From NCBI GenBank assembly GCA_977017645.1, contig OZ360229.1, positions 95,170,001 through 95,234,000 of the forward strand: 64,000 bases of DNA. The letters run 5' to 3'. The notes beneath the pieces were generated by a model. That model ran no database searches and was not told the DNA's origin. It saw only the letters and a program-made list of their open reading frames with translations. A program made the translations under genes and the position numbers. Positions 40,373 through 53,088 of this stretch are shown here, in pieces; the stretch's first letter is position 1; each line of letters opens with the position of its first letter. The stretch is from Torpedo marmorata (lineage: Eukaryota).

Positions 40373-40929
40373 AACAGTGAAGCTCTTCCGCTCTGTTCTG
40401 CATATCCAAACATGCAGTTGCATATTAATATTCCCTCCCCCAACAGTACAGTCTTCCCCCAGTCTGTCACCAGATGTGGCAGCTCAGAATATAACCCCTT
40501 TTCTCTGTACTTCAGTTTTTTAGGAATGGCAAGAAACATATCTTATCACAGTAGAAAAGGATCTAAACCATCTTCCTACTACTCCTTTTTGCGTACCCAG
40601 AAATATTCTTCATGCATATCATAAAAGATATAGTCAACACAATGTGAAACCAAGGAAGCTGAAGAACCTGTCTCTGCTGCAAAAAAAAGGGAATTGGAGT
40701 TGGTGATACTTTAAACCAACAACTTTTGGATCACAAAAGAGCAAACTAGAATCAGCTTTTAGAAACCAGGAAATATAAACAGCAGTCACCACCTTTTTTT
40801 GCACAGAATGGATCATCTGCCTTTTCAGGGCCGCAGTATTTTCTATCATCATTGGAATCACATTTAGTACCAGACAAGAGGTCAGAGGTTAGAAGTCAAC
40901 CCAGGAGATGAAAGCCAGACCTTGCTTTT

Positions 40930-41270
40930 GAAACCAGAAAGAAACTGACAGCAGACATACATGGGGCCACAAGCACACACACACACAACACAGATAGACC
41001 AACAAATATACACACCCGATACAGGCACTATAGACAGATAGTGTATATACACATGGTAGATAAACACACAAACAGAAACTAAGCAGATAAATACATAAAG
41101 ATATACACAGATCAATTAGACGCACACCAAAGTTCACCTGATCCACTCATGTCCAATCACCAAATAGACAGATAATCCCACCAAGCACACATACACACAA
41201 CAGATAGAGGTGCATGTGCACTCAAATAGACATGCCGCACACACAGACACACAATACACTGGAAACACTG
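40930..41270. repeat. Degenerate (CA)/(CAGA)-rich low-complexity tract
   Basis: Dense ACAC/CAGA motifs; continues at 41960-42310 on the other side of a Penelope fragment. Confidence 0.7.
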
Positions 41271-41274
41271 ATTG

Positions 41275-41935
41275 ACAGAACCAAACTTTTCCAAATATGC
41301 AGATCAGGCAGCCTCTGTAAAAGGAGAAACAGAATTTAAAACCTGAGAAAAGAGAGAAAGCAGATGAATTTGAAGTTAAGAGGGAGTGGGGGAGAGATGG
41401 AAAGAACTATGGAAATATCTGATAGGGTGAGATGAGGGTTTCTATGGGTATGAGTTGTAGGGGTAATTCAGTCAATGGGGATAGTTGGAGAGAGGGAAAC
41501 TGAACAAATAATTACGTACGTAATTGGAGAGTAAGAGTAAAACAAAGGAACATAAAAGTTGCAAAATGTAGTGTTGTACAACATGTCCAGCTGATCAGAC
41601 TGTGCTAATTGAGAGAGAAAATCTGAGCCAATATTTACTGCTTTACAGCATCCTGAATACAGGTGCAAAGCGGTTGCCCAAACTGTATGGCTTCTCCAAT
41701 GTACTGGAGACCACAATGTCAATACTGAATGTAATACAGTGGTTGGTAGGGATGTAAGAATGAACCAAGAAGATGTAAAGGGTACATACCCTTGAAATGC
41801 TGAAAGGGGAGGGGAAGATGTGTCTGATGTTTGTTTCTTTTGAAGCCAGCACAAAACGTGAAGAACTACTTCATGAATGCCAAGCCTGGTAGGGTGGAAG
41901 GTGAGGATCAACACAGTCAGACAACCCAGCACTTA
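41275..41935 (-). mobile_element. Penelope-like fragment (old)
   Basis: Minus-strand LILTFHPTRLGIHEVVLHVLCWLQ..., HIFPSPFS and SAF motifs. Confidence 0.6.
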
Positions 41936-43519
41936 TGAAAAACACCAAATATGAAAATAAGACAGCACATGCACACACAAGGTAGACAAGCAGACATACA
42001 CCCCAGATAGACATACAAGCACACACGCTAACACATTCACTAGGTGGACAGACAAGCAGACGCAAGCACATACCATACAAAGACGTACATACACGCAACA
42101 TAAACAGACAGAAAGACACAAAATAAACAGACATAAACACCAGTTAGACACTCACACATACACCATTCAGACACAGACTGACTGACACACAGACTGACAA
42201 ACACAGTCACAAGAACACATGAACTCGGTGAACAGACCAATAGACACACGCGCGCGCACACACACACACACCATATAGAGAAATACACATATGTAAATGC
42301 ACACAAAAGCAGAGAAGATAACAAGAAAAATGTACCAATCAATTGTATGTGAACTTCAAAGGGGATAAAATCCTTTAAACAAATTCAGAGTCGAGGAAAA
42401 CTCGTGCAAGGTGAATAAAAAATTATTTTAAAAAAGGCACAATCAGGAAAAAAAACTAGTTTTACAGTGAATAGTGGCTCCCTCTGATCAGGCACATTAT
42501 TGCCAAGCTGCTTGTTTTATTGAACATGCATGGAAATGTGCAGTGATAGCAAGTTGTACAAGCGTTTTGAAACAGTGTGTTTGTAGTTAAAATATTTATC
42601 ACGAAAAACAACCTCAATACTTATAAGTCCTTGTCCTTGATTTTTTTCTTTCTGGAAAAATGAAATTGCAGAGCTAAGAGGAAAAAGTATGAGCATGGGT
42701 CTAACTGAATTCTGCACGAAAGACCTGAATTGGGCATGCTAATCCAAAAGCTTCCTGTTCTGATTGAACTGGTGATCTTTTAAATGTTCCTCCAGGTTCA
42801 GTGGGTATAGTTGTAACTTCATAAATTCAGAAAAATCACAAGTTCTTCCCAGCATTTATTGATCCTGACCAAGGTAATACAATTGGTCTCAGTTCAGTAG
42901 TGGGTGTAGAGGGAGAGGGCAAGGGAGATCAGCTTTGATTTTCACTGAAAGGCTGCACAGTCGAGTTTGTATCAAGCAAAGAGACATTCAAGCTAGGTTG
43001 TGATTTATATCATGGTCAAATTGCCTGAAGGCACTCCTCCTCTAATAGCTAATACATAATAGCTTGTATTTGTGTTGCACATTTTATGCAGGTTCTACAT
43101 TACTGCATCTCTGAAGTCCTTCATTATAAGGAGACCAAGCAAGGCCCTAAATAAACAAATTTATTAATTCCATTCTTCAGGAAAATGTTACAAGATAATT
43201 CAGAGAAACTTTGTCAGAAAATATGTGACACCAAACCATGTAAGATATTAGGACAAGCAACCAAATGCTTGGATTTTAAAGAGGTAAAGGCAAATATTTT
43301 CCAGGTGGAAATTCCAGGACTTGGGCTTGGTAACTGAAGACAAGGCTGACAGTGGCAGATATGGATTCAATTGTGCAGAGATCCCAGAAAGTTAAAAAAC
43401 CTATGGGGAAGAGGGGGAGTGGGGAGAGACATTACAAAGATAGAGAAAGGGTAAAGCCTGTAAATCCTTGGAATTATTTAACAGAGGACAGTTGGCCATC
43501 AAGCATATTCAAGTTTGAC

Positions 43520-44095
43520 ACTGAAACACTATCATGTGCTATAAGGGGAAATTAGTGGATGCATTTTACTTTGATAAGGTGCTATATCTAAGATTAATGT
43601 ATGCAGAATGATAATTCATGGTGCATGAAGCAACATATTAGCTTGGATTGAAGATTGCTGCAAAGAAAATAAAAAGAAGGTATAAGTGGGTCTTTTTCTG
43701 GTTGGCAGTATTCATATGCGAATGGTATGACATAGAACCCCAACTTCCAATCATTTATTGAAATAACTTAGATGAAGGCACTAAAATGTGCTCAAGGCAA
43801 GAACAGACAGTAAGGTATGTCACAAGAGAACAGAACGACACTGCAAAGGGATGGAGATAGGTTAGTGAATGGGAAAAGATATGGCAGATGAAGTATTCTG
43901 TGGAATTATCCATTTTAGCAGGAAATATTAATATCTTGATGTAAAGGGCTTTTGACATCACAGTGCATGATTAATATGCTGTTATGGACCATGACTGGCC
44001 ATTTGGACTGCGGACGGTCAGCAGGAAGGATGAAGTCTTTTGGAGTACACACTGGGACCAGGTACTGAAAGAGTTAACTTGCCCAGGACTTGGTG

Positions 44096-44131
<36 letters not shown>

Positions 44132-45445
44132 AGAGAGAGAGACAGGCTGTGGAAAAGATACTTTGTTGCACTTTTGCAAAAGCAGGTGCAGACCTCTGCA
44201 AAAAGCAGGCAGTTTGGAGTTGCAAAGGCTAGAGAACACAGCAAAATCCAGGCTTGTGCATCCCAGAGAAAAGGCTGGAAGAATACCACATGGCCTCCTG
44301 TCTCAGAGAAATCCTGAGTTAAAGCAACTTTTGTGGATAACAGGCGTGAGATCAGTGAGACCAGCTGTGAGATCCAAGCACACGCCTCAATCAGTGGTAT
44401 ACTGATTTGGAGTCACAATCCTCGTGAATCTCTACCAAAAGGGAAAGTCATCAGAGAAGAAAAAAAAACAAGCCAAGTATTCGTAAGCATAAACAGTCAT
44501 TGTCTCTCTCCAACGTTCATTGAAAAGTCCTTCTACCAGCACACAGAGCTGAATTTGGAACCTGAACTTAGAGAGTAAATTTTTGTGGACTGTATTATAT
44601 ATTTTTTGACTGACTTGTTTTTATGACTGACCTGGGGTTTTGGGGAAAGTTTTTCCATTTTTACATGAGGGTTGGGCATAGACTGTAATGGTCTGGGCTT
44701 TACACACACACACACCTTTTAGATAAGAATAGTGTTTATAGACGTTTATAGTGGGGTTAATTGTTGTGAAATTATATGTTTAATTGTCTTTAATAAATAT
44801 AAATTTCAATTTTACCCCTTTTGCATTGCGTCTTCTGTCGTTGCTGGTTTGATTTTGTAACAATGCAGACACAGCAAGTAAATAGGAATGAGAAAAGGAA
44901 GTTTTTTTTAATATGAGGGGAATTGAATATAACAGTGAAATGGTTCTAGAGGGCATTGATGAGGCCACATCTAGAGAAGAATCCAAGGCATTGGTCATCT
45001 GAATCAAAGAAGGATGTTAATGCATCAGAAACAGTTCAGAGGAAGTTGGCTGGACTAACAGCTGGAATGGATGAATTGTCTTAAGACGAAAGGTGGGAGA
45101 GGATGGGTCTGTGACCACCAGAGTTAGAAGATTGAGAGGTGACAATTAAAACATTTACTACCCTGAGGGGTCTTGACAGGGTAGATGTGAAGAGAATGTT
45201 TCCTCGCGCAAAAGATTCTCAGAGGGTCTTGAATCTTTAGAACTCTCTCCTTCAAAGAGTAATCAAAGCAGAGCATTTGAATGTTTTTGAAGCAGATGCA
45301 GAAATATTTTTGATGAGGATGTGGGAGAAAGGTTACTGTGGATAAATGGGAATGCTCTGTTGAAGTTTCAGTCAGGTTAGATGTGATCTTATTAAAGGGC
45401 GGAACAGATTCAAGGGGAAGAGTGGTCAACTCAAGCTCCTAATTC
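43520..45445 (+). mobile_element. Old CR1-like LINE fragment interrupted by a solo LTR
   Basis: Decayed CR1 RT motifs (TTTGATAAGGTGC; GGATGGAGATAGGTTAGTGAATGGG..AAAGATATGGCAGATG; ACAGTTCAGAGGAAGTTG; GACAGGGTAGATG) on both sides of 43980-44862. Confidence 0.65.
43980..44862 (+). mobile_element. Solo LTR (Gypsy- or ERV-type), 883 bp
   Basis: Termini TGTTA...TAACA; 4-bp TSD ATGC at 43976-43979 and 44863-44866; AATAAA near 44792; internal (GA)n at 44101-44128. Confidence 0.8.
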
Positions 45446-46779
45446 AAACATCCCTTTGAATGTACATATATCAATGTACATGAATGAACACTGGGGTGAT
45501 GGGTGAAAGGGATTTACTGCCTCTACAAGCAAGCCTGATGATAAAATACAGACTTTTAGATGGATTAGAGGCAGCCATTTAACTCGCATTGCAGCACTCA
45601 CAAAACAACAATATTATCCATGCTTTATAAAAACAGCCCTTGAAACCCCTAAGACACCATTTTTCCTCAAAAAGAGACAGCTCCTTCTGAGAAGCAAAAT
45701 AAAACATAAATCAAATATCAGAAACTGTGATGGGTTTTGATACTCAAAGTCGGAGCTCAATTGTATAAAATAACACAGTTTTGCAGAGTGCTTTGTCTGT
45801 GTCAGGGTATACTCTGCATGGCAGTGATGTATACGCACTTTAAATACATGTTCAGTGATACAGGTCAGTGATAAACACAGGCCGCAGCCTGTGATGAGCT
45901 GAACACATCGATTACATGAAAAATGACCAGGTTGCTAAGCTCAGCAAACAAAGCATCTGTCATCGCAGAATCACTTCACCAAAGTCACACTTGCCAATCA
46001 GTGGTTAAAAGCACAGTTTAACTGTTCAGCTGCCTAGTTATGAGTGAGTAAGTACTGAGGTGATCTTATTGAGGCATACAAGAATGTTTAAAAAAAAATG
46101 GTAAGGCCTATGCTATTTCCCTAGGCAAGAGAATCTGGTACTCAGGATACCGAGAGAGCCTTGGAGGACTAAAATAAGGAGAATACCTTTGCAGAGGAGG
46201 TTGAACATTATCCTGTTGAAAAGGGGTGCTGGTTTATCAATTGAATTGATTTTTCAGAACTTTTCATTCCATACAATGTACCTCCTTAATCCTGATTAGT
46301 GAAGAAGAAACAGAAGAGCAGGAAAACAGGAAAAGAAGAGCAGAAAATAGAGTGAAATCAAATACAGAAAGGGAAATAAAATTACAGAAGGAAAGAATGG
46401 GTTAAGAGAATGAGAGACAGCAAACTGAGAAACCCAAGATGTTAATTAAAATTTGATATTTTTTAAATCTTCCAAAAATTCCACAAGAAATGAGTCTACA
46501 CCCTTGAAATTTATCAGAAGACTGGCATTTAGAGCCAAAATCACATTAACATGGCATTAACAAATTTTGTGCATACTCTGGGAGAATTAGCCCCAGTGAA
46601 TAGCATCTTATATTCGTTCTTGTGGCAAGATGTGCATGTATCCCAGTGTCATTTTTATGGTGTTCAGCTCACCCAAATAACTTTAGCAGTAATGTAACAG
46701 CCAGATACACACACCTCTAGCAAGATTTTCAACCATTCTGGTCTGAATCATAAATCTTTACTGGTTGTACAGGTCATAG

Positions 46780-47535
46780 ATCAGTTGCAGTTATGGACAG
46801 AGAAATGGCAGATGGAATTTAATCTCAACAAGTGTTAGGTGTTGCACATTGGGAGGTCAAAGGGGAACATTCATGCCAGGGTTCATAAAAGCACTGATCT
46901 GCAGAGGGACCGGTGGTCCAGTTCCATAGCTCATTGAAAGTGGTTACACAATTAGATAAGGTGGTAAAGAAGTTATATGACATGCTTGGCTTCATTGGGC
47001 AGGGCACTTTGGTTAGGCCACATTTGGAATAGTGTGTGCAATTCTGGTCACTCCACTACAGGGAGGATTTGGAAAGGGCACACAAGAGGTTTACCAGGAT
47101 GTTTCCAGTTTAAAGGGTATGAGTTATCGGGAGAAGTTGGACAAACTTGGGTTGTTTTCTCTGGAGTGTAGGAAACTGAGGGAAGACCTAAATGTTTATA
47201 AAATCATGAGAAGCATTGATATAGTGGACAGTCAGAATCTTTTCCACAGGGTAAAGGTGTCTCACATACTAGAGGACATGTGTTTGAGGTGAGGGAAGGA
47301 AGTCCTTTAAAAAATATATTTATTTATTTATTTATTTTTTATACACAGAGTGGTCGATGCCTGGAAATGGCAGCCAGAAGTAATGGTAGAAGCATTTAAG
47401 AGACTTCTAGATCAGTGGTTCTCAACCGTTTTTTTTCCACTCACTAACCACCTTAAATAATCCCTTACTAACCTCACAGTACCTATGACATATGGGTAGA
47501 AGGGTATGTTCCTGTACTGTACTGTTCTATATTCA
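46780..47535 (+). mobile_element. CR1-like LINE 3' fragment, with a partial hAT MITE at ~47413-47490
   Basis: EKWQMEFN, VVKKLYDMLGFI, GMSYREKLDKLGLFSLE motifs and a CR1-like tail. CAGTGGTTCTCAACC...TTTCCACTCAC matches the 36175-36511 MITE. Confidence 0.75.
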
Positions 47536-47938
47536 TCTCTACTTCAGCCAGAGGCAGAGAGCTACACTATTCTCTGTGAAAGAAACTACAAACAGTGGTC
47601 TCAATCACCATATCTCCAGCTGATTTGGGTAGGTTGCCCCTCGAAGTTGAGTGACCAGAAAAGCTCAAGTTCAAGATTATTGTCCCATGTACAAAAGCAT
47701 AATAAGAAAGTTAATTTTGCAAAGTCTAGCTAGTCAACCTGTATACAGTACAGCAGTAAAAGCACAGTGCAGAGAGGCAAGCAGAGTTACAGAGCTACAG
47801 TTAGTGCCATTCATTTCCTGGGAGTCCACACATCAGAGGACCTCTCCTGGAGGCCGCACAACGAGGCAACTGTGAAGAAGACAGGCCAATGACTCCACTT
47901 TCTAAGTATTCCGCAGAGTTTTGACATGTCGGCGAATG

Positions 47939-48937
47939 GTCAAGTCAAGTCAAGTCACCTTTAGTTGTCGTTCATTACCATATACACAGTAAGACGAGAT
48001 AACGTTTCTCCAGGACCATGGGCAGATGTACATAAATATCATAATACAATAGAAAAACTATAACATGTTAATACACATATATATCTAAGAATTGAGGAGC
48101 CTGATAGCTTGGGGGAAAAAACTGTTGCACAGTCTGGACGTGTGAGCCCGAGTGCATCGGTACCTCCATCCAGATGGCAAAAGGGAAAAAAGTTTACCAA
48201 AGGGGTGTGATAAGTCCTTCACAATGTTTTTAGCCTTCCTCATGCATCGTGTGTTGTAGATGTCTGTCATGGTGGGGAGAGAGACACCAATAATTTTCTC
48301 CGCTGACCTCACTATCCTCTGCGGGGTCTTTCAGTCAGAGATGGTACAGTTACCAAACCAAGCGGTGATGCAATTGCTCAGAATACTCTCAATACATCCC
48401 CTGTAGAATGTAGTAAGGATAGGGGGTGGGAGATGAACTTTCCTCAGCCTTCGCAGGAAGTAAAGACGCTGCTGGGCTTTCTTGACTATGGAACTGGTGT
48501 TGAGGGACCAGGTGAGACTCTCCGCCAAGTGCACTCCAAGAAACTTGGTACTCTTTACGACCTCAACGGTAGAGCCGTCCATGGTCAATGGAGAATGATC
48601 CCCCCTGGGCCCTTCTGAAGTTGACAACCAACTCTTTTGTTTTGTTTACATTCAGATGCAGGTTGTTGGTTCCGCACCATTCCATTAGCGACTGCACCTC
48701 ATCTCTGTATGCTGACTCATCATTCTTACTGATAAGGCCCACCACGGTCGTATCATCAGCGAACTTTATGATGTGATTCGAGCTGTGTTTTGCTGCACAG
48801 TCATGAGTCAGCAGGGTGAACAGCAATGGACTAAGCACACAGCCCTGGGGAGCCCCCGTGCTCAATGTGATGACCTTAGAAGTGCTGTTTCCAATCCGGA
48901 CTGCCTGAAGTCTTCCCATCAGGAAGTCTAGGATCCA
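47939..48937 (-). mobile_element. Rex1/Babar-like LINE, 5'-truncated
   Basis: [39 protein letters not shown]; (GACTT)n tail; same subfamily as 36594-38385. Confidence 0.93.
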
Positions 48938-48992
48938 TTATATGAAATATACACAGCTATACTGTGGATATAACTGGTTGCATCATGGTTTG

Positions 48993-49621
48993 TGTAAGAG
49001 CCGTAGGCTCAATAACTTACCTTTGCCGCGGCGCTCTGATGCCTTGTCGGGTTGTGGAGAGCTCGCGACGTTTGTAGGCCGTCCTCGGCCTGTTTGTGCT
49101 CTGCGCATGCGCTGGAGTGCCGATGGGCGCATGCGCAGTCTGAAATTGACGTCATTGTGCGCGGTGTATTGTGGGAGATGTAGTGCGCGGTGGAGCGTGC
49201 GCAGTGGAATGGGAGCGATGGAGCATGTGCGAATCTGAAAGAGAATAGGAGAAAGATGGCGACGTAGGAGGGTGAGTGAGATCGCCATATCTTTATTGAC
49301 CGTTTCATACAACGACTTATACATCGTGTCATAGCGTTTCATAGATAGTTTCATTGACCTTTTAAATTAGTTATTTTGTGGTTTAAAATCGTTTATTTGA
49401 ATATATGAATACAGTCAAAAAACGAATCATTTAAAGGAACTCATACATCATTTTCAAGAACTGTTTATATTAAAGTCATTGAAGATTACTGCAAGTCACG
49501 TGTGTAAATAAAGTTTTTGAACATATTGGACTTTGTTGGTAAATTAATTGAAACGCGTCAAAGACAAGTATCTCACTTAGCCTCCAGGTGACTAATGTTG
49601 GATCGAAGTCACCATAGTATA
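48993..49621 (+). repeat. 5' LTR of the BEL element
   Basis: Starts TGTAAGAGCC; direct repeat of 55157-55762; contains GCGCATGCGC (twice), TGACGTCA, AAGATGGCG and AATAAA. Confidence 0.93.
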
Positions 49622-50607
49622 GTCAATAAAGTGGCTGTTTGGAACAGAAAATTGAAGGAAAGAAGATAGAATAATCTCTCTGTGCTTTGGACTGATATTT
49701 AAAATAAGATGGCGGCCATCTTGAAGATGCCTCGAGTTGGGGGCAGTTTGTAATCCACATCCATCTGCCATGAGTAACAGCCAGATAGGGATTTAAAGCT
49801 TCAAATCTTATAGTAAAGTGTACTATAAATACGTTGGAGAAACCATTTTTGGAAAATCAGTGATATCATTGACGGATGTTGTGGTTGAAACTCATTTGTG
49901 GATAGCAGTACATTACAGTCATTTGAAGTGGTAGGCATAATTCTGTGGACTCCTTCTGTGTATCTTTGGCAAGTAAGAACACAGATTGGAATTGCTGCCG
50001 CTGGTACATTGGGGACTGTTGATTTGGCTAGTGTTGTGTATGCTTGAAGGACAGAGGAACAAGACGAGTAAAATGGCCGCAGCAGCCTCTGATACAGAAG
50101 CTACTGATGTATCAGCAGCTGACGCAGCAACCGCTGATGTTGCTGTTGAGGACCAACGTATTGAAGACATGAAGATTGCGGGTATTAAAGAAGAATTGAA
50201 GCGACTGAAAAAGGACATAAGTGGAAATAAAAAGGTTCTTATCGAAAGATTGAAGCTGGCAAAGGATGAAGAGGCAGCTTCATTAGATGAACAAGAAGAT
50301 AAAATGGAAATGGCTGAAATTGTGTCACCAAATGATGAAGAAATTGAAGAGGTTGAAGATGCAAAGGATATACAATTCGAATTGGATAAAGAGGTAAGTA
50401 TTAAGACAACATATGAACTGCAGGACGAAATACAAGCAAGTGACAGTGTCTCAAATGCTGAAAGCAGGAGAAGCAAAAGAAGTTCTGGTTCGAGCTCCAG
50501 AGTTTCTCGTACTTCAAGTTCTGCATCGTCACGTACAAAGATTGATGTTAAATTGGCCGGTTTTCTTGCACAACAAAAAACGCTTAAGGATAAATATATT
50601 TTAGAAC

Positions 50608-50760
50608 AAGAGGAGGAGCAGCTAAGACAAAAGGAGGAGCAGCTAACTGAGCAGCTAAGACAAGAGGAGGAGCAGCTAAGACAAGAGGAGGAGAGCTAAG
50701 ACAAAATGAGAAGCAGCTAATGGAGCAGCTAAGACAAGAGAAGGAGCAGCTAAGGCAGAG
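50608..50760 (+). repeat. 21-bp coding tandem repeat (EEQLRQE-type heptads) in Gag
   Basis: Repeated GAGGAGCAGCTAAGACAAGAG; a 1-bp loss near 50693 shifts the frame. Confidence 0.85.
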
Positions 50761-50886
50761 AAAAGAACAGCAGGAGCTGGAAGCAAATATTGCTATTGCC
50801 AAGGCAGAAAAGAAAGCAATAAAAGGCTCAATGGTATCTGGTGCTGGAAGTAAATTATCTAAATTGTCTGATAAAAAAAGGTCATA

Positions 50887-51730
50887 CCGTATATTTCGGC
50901 TTATAAGTCGACCCTTGAAACCCTCAAAAATGTCTCAAAAAACAGGGGTCGACTTATACGCCAGATATACTTTTGAGACCTTAAAATCAGCTCAAAATCG
51001 AGTTCACGCCGATTCGGCGTATAGGTCGACCCCTGAAAACACAATTCGGCATATAAGTCGACCCCTGAAAACACGATTCGGCGTATAGGTCGACCCTGGA
51101 AGCGCCTCCCCACCGCTGGCGCCGCCGCTCCCCGACACCTCCCCACCGCCGGGCGCCGCCATAAACCACCCAGACATTCTACAATTGTAGAGCCCGAGGT
51201 CCCCGCTCCTACCCGGGAGAATGAGCTCCCCGCTCCTGCTCGGGAGAACGAGCTCCCCGCTCCTGCTCAGGAGAACGAGCTCCCTGCTCCTGCCCGGGAG
51301 AACGAGTCCCCGCACCTGCCCGGGAGAACGACGTCACCGCTCCTGCTTGGGAGAAAGACGTCCCCGCTCCTGCTCGGGAGAATGAGTCCCCGCTACTGCT
51401 CGGGAGAACGAGCTCCCCGCTCCTGCTCAGGAGAAAGACGTCGCCGCACCTGCATCTTCCCGGCCAGAAGCAAAGGTTTTTTTACAGCTTAATTTACAGC
51501 TTTGTTACTTGGCGATTGGGATGTTGTAACAAATTTTGGGTTGTTGCTGGGAGGCCCAGACAGCCTGAAAATTGGGGGTCGACTTATACGCCGGTCAATG
51601 CGCAACATCTCAGGCATCGCGATTTTTGGGGGTTGACTTATACGCCAGATATACCATAAAACCATTAAAATGAGGCTGAAAAAGGGGGGTCGACTTATCT
51701 GCCGGTCGACTTATACGCCGAAATATACGG
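50887..51730. mobile_element. Tc1/mariner superfamily (pogo/Tc2-like) non-autonomous element inserted in gag
   Basis: TIRs CCGTATATTTCGGCTTATAAGTCGACC / GGTCGACTTATACGCCGAAATATACGG; TA on both sides (50885-86, 51731-32); repeated subterminal TATAAGTCGAC motifs. Confidence 0.92.
51195..51452. repeat. GC-rich 26-27-bp minisatellite inside the MITE
   Basis: About 9 imperfect copies of GGGAGAACGAGCTCCCCGCTCCTGCTC. Confidence 0.9.
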
Positions 51731-53088
51731 TATTTAAAAAAGGAGTCACAGGAAAAGAAACCAACCAAAAGGATAGATATTTTAGAACCAAGGATACAAA
51801 ACTTGCATATACAAGGACAAACCTTTCAAGAGCATATTGGTATCGAGTCACATCTGAAAGCAAAGCTGCGGCTTGGGTTCGGTCGAACGAAGCAGCTTCT
51901 TTGTTATTTGAATCAAGCATCAGAAATATGGAAGAAACTACACCAGTGAGGTTTCCAGATACATTGCATGCAACAAGAGACGGTGAACAGAGCAATGTAT
52001 TGTCATCCAAGGAAAGACAAAATGAAATTGCTGCATCATTGTTTCAGTTACAGTCTCTCTCTTCTTTACCCAAGAAAGAGATACAAATTTTTGATGGTGA
52101 TTCACTTCAGTATCAATCATTTATGAGATCTTTCAAACGCAATATTGAAGATAAATGCCAAGACCGTGATGAATGTCTTTATTATTTGGAAATGTTCACA
52201 AAGGGACATCCAAAAGAACTGGTAAAGAGTTGTAAACAAATGACTTCAGAAAGAGGATTAGACAAAGCTAAGGCTTTACTGGAACAATATTTTGGCAACA
52301 AGCATCGAATTGCTTTAGCTTATATGGATAAAGCTCTTAAATGGACATCAATAAAACAAAATGATGTAAAGGCTCTGCAAGAATACACTCTGTTTTTAAG
52401 AGGATGTTGTAATGCTATGGAAGAAATCGATAATATTCGTGAGCTTGAAGTGCATAGTAATATGCGAATCATCTTAGAAAAATTACCTTACAAGTTATGG
52501 GATAGATGGAGAAATTTGGCTTGTGATTTACAAGTAAATTACGGTCGAAAAATTACCTTAAAGGATTTGGTAAATTTTCTTGAATGACAGGTGTACGTTG
52601 AAACAGATCCACTATTTGGAAATAACAGAGATAATTCAATGGGCAAAGATGTAAGGAAGTCTAACACACAGTCTAGTCCGAAATTAAAAAGGAGTACTTT
52701 TGCTACTAATGTGTCAGTTATAAGTAAAGAAAAGGACAAAGTAAATAAGGAAAAGGATAGTTTGCCTGATGAAAAGAGTTGTTTGTTCTGTAAAGGTGGA
52801 TATACTTTGGAAATGTGTTTACGATTGGAAAAGAAGGAACATAAGGAGAAGATCGCTTTCTTAAAGGAAAATGGAATATGTTTTAGCTTTCTGTGTAAAG
52901 GGCACATCAGTAAAAACTGCAAGAAGCGAATTAATTGTAACATATGCAATTTGAAACATCCTAGAATTTTGCATATCCATAACAGAAACAAGGAATTGGA
53001 AAAGGAGCAAACAGAAACAAAGGAAACAACAGAAAATAATGTTATAACCTCGGTTCAGACAAGTGGTCTTACCGGGGCTGGTGTGGAT

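Larger units (their letters stand above)
50073..53010 (+). pseudogene. BEL Gag with N-terminal SAP domain, interrupted by a MITE, stops and frameshifts
   Basis: SAP-like RIEDMKIAGIKEELKRLKKDISGNKKVLIERLKLA (50157-50261); BEL Gag motifs DEIQASDSVSN, LPKKEIQIFDGDSLQY, LYYLEMFTKGHPKELVKSC, KLPYKLWDRWR; Cys/His boxes CLFC, CFSFLCKGH...C, CNIC...HPRILH. Confidence 0.88.

Noticed and set aside
40882-42342. Cys/Val-rich membrane-protein-like ORFs
   Set aside because: Translations of degenerate (TG)n/(TCTG)n low-complexity sequence.
48942-49354. Arg/Ala-rich ORFs, repeated at 55090-55520
   Set aside because: They lie in the GC-rich part of the two LTRs and have no recognisable domain.
49986-50072. 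Hydrophobic signal-peptide-like N-terminus suggesting an env or secreted protein
   Set aside because: The ORF caller started at a TTG; the ATG in good context is at 50073, and no env-like features follow.
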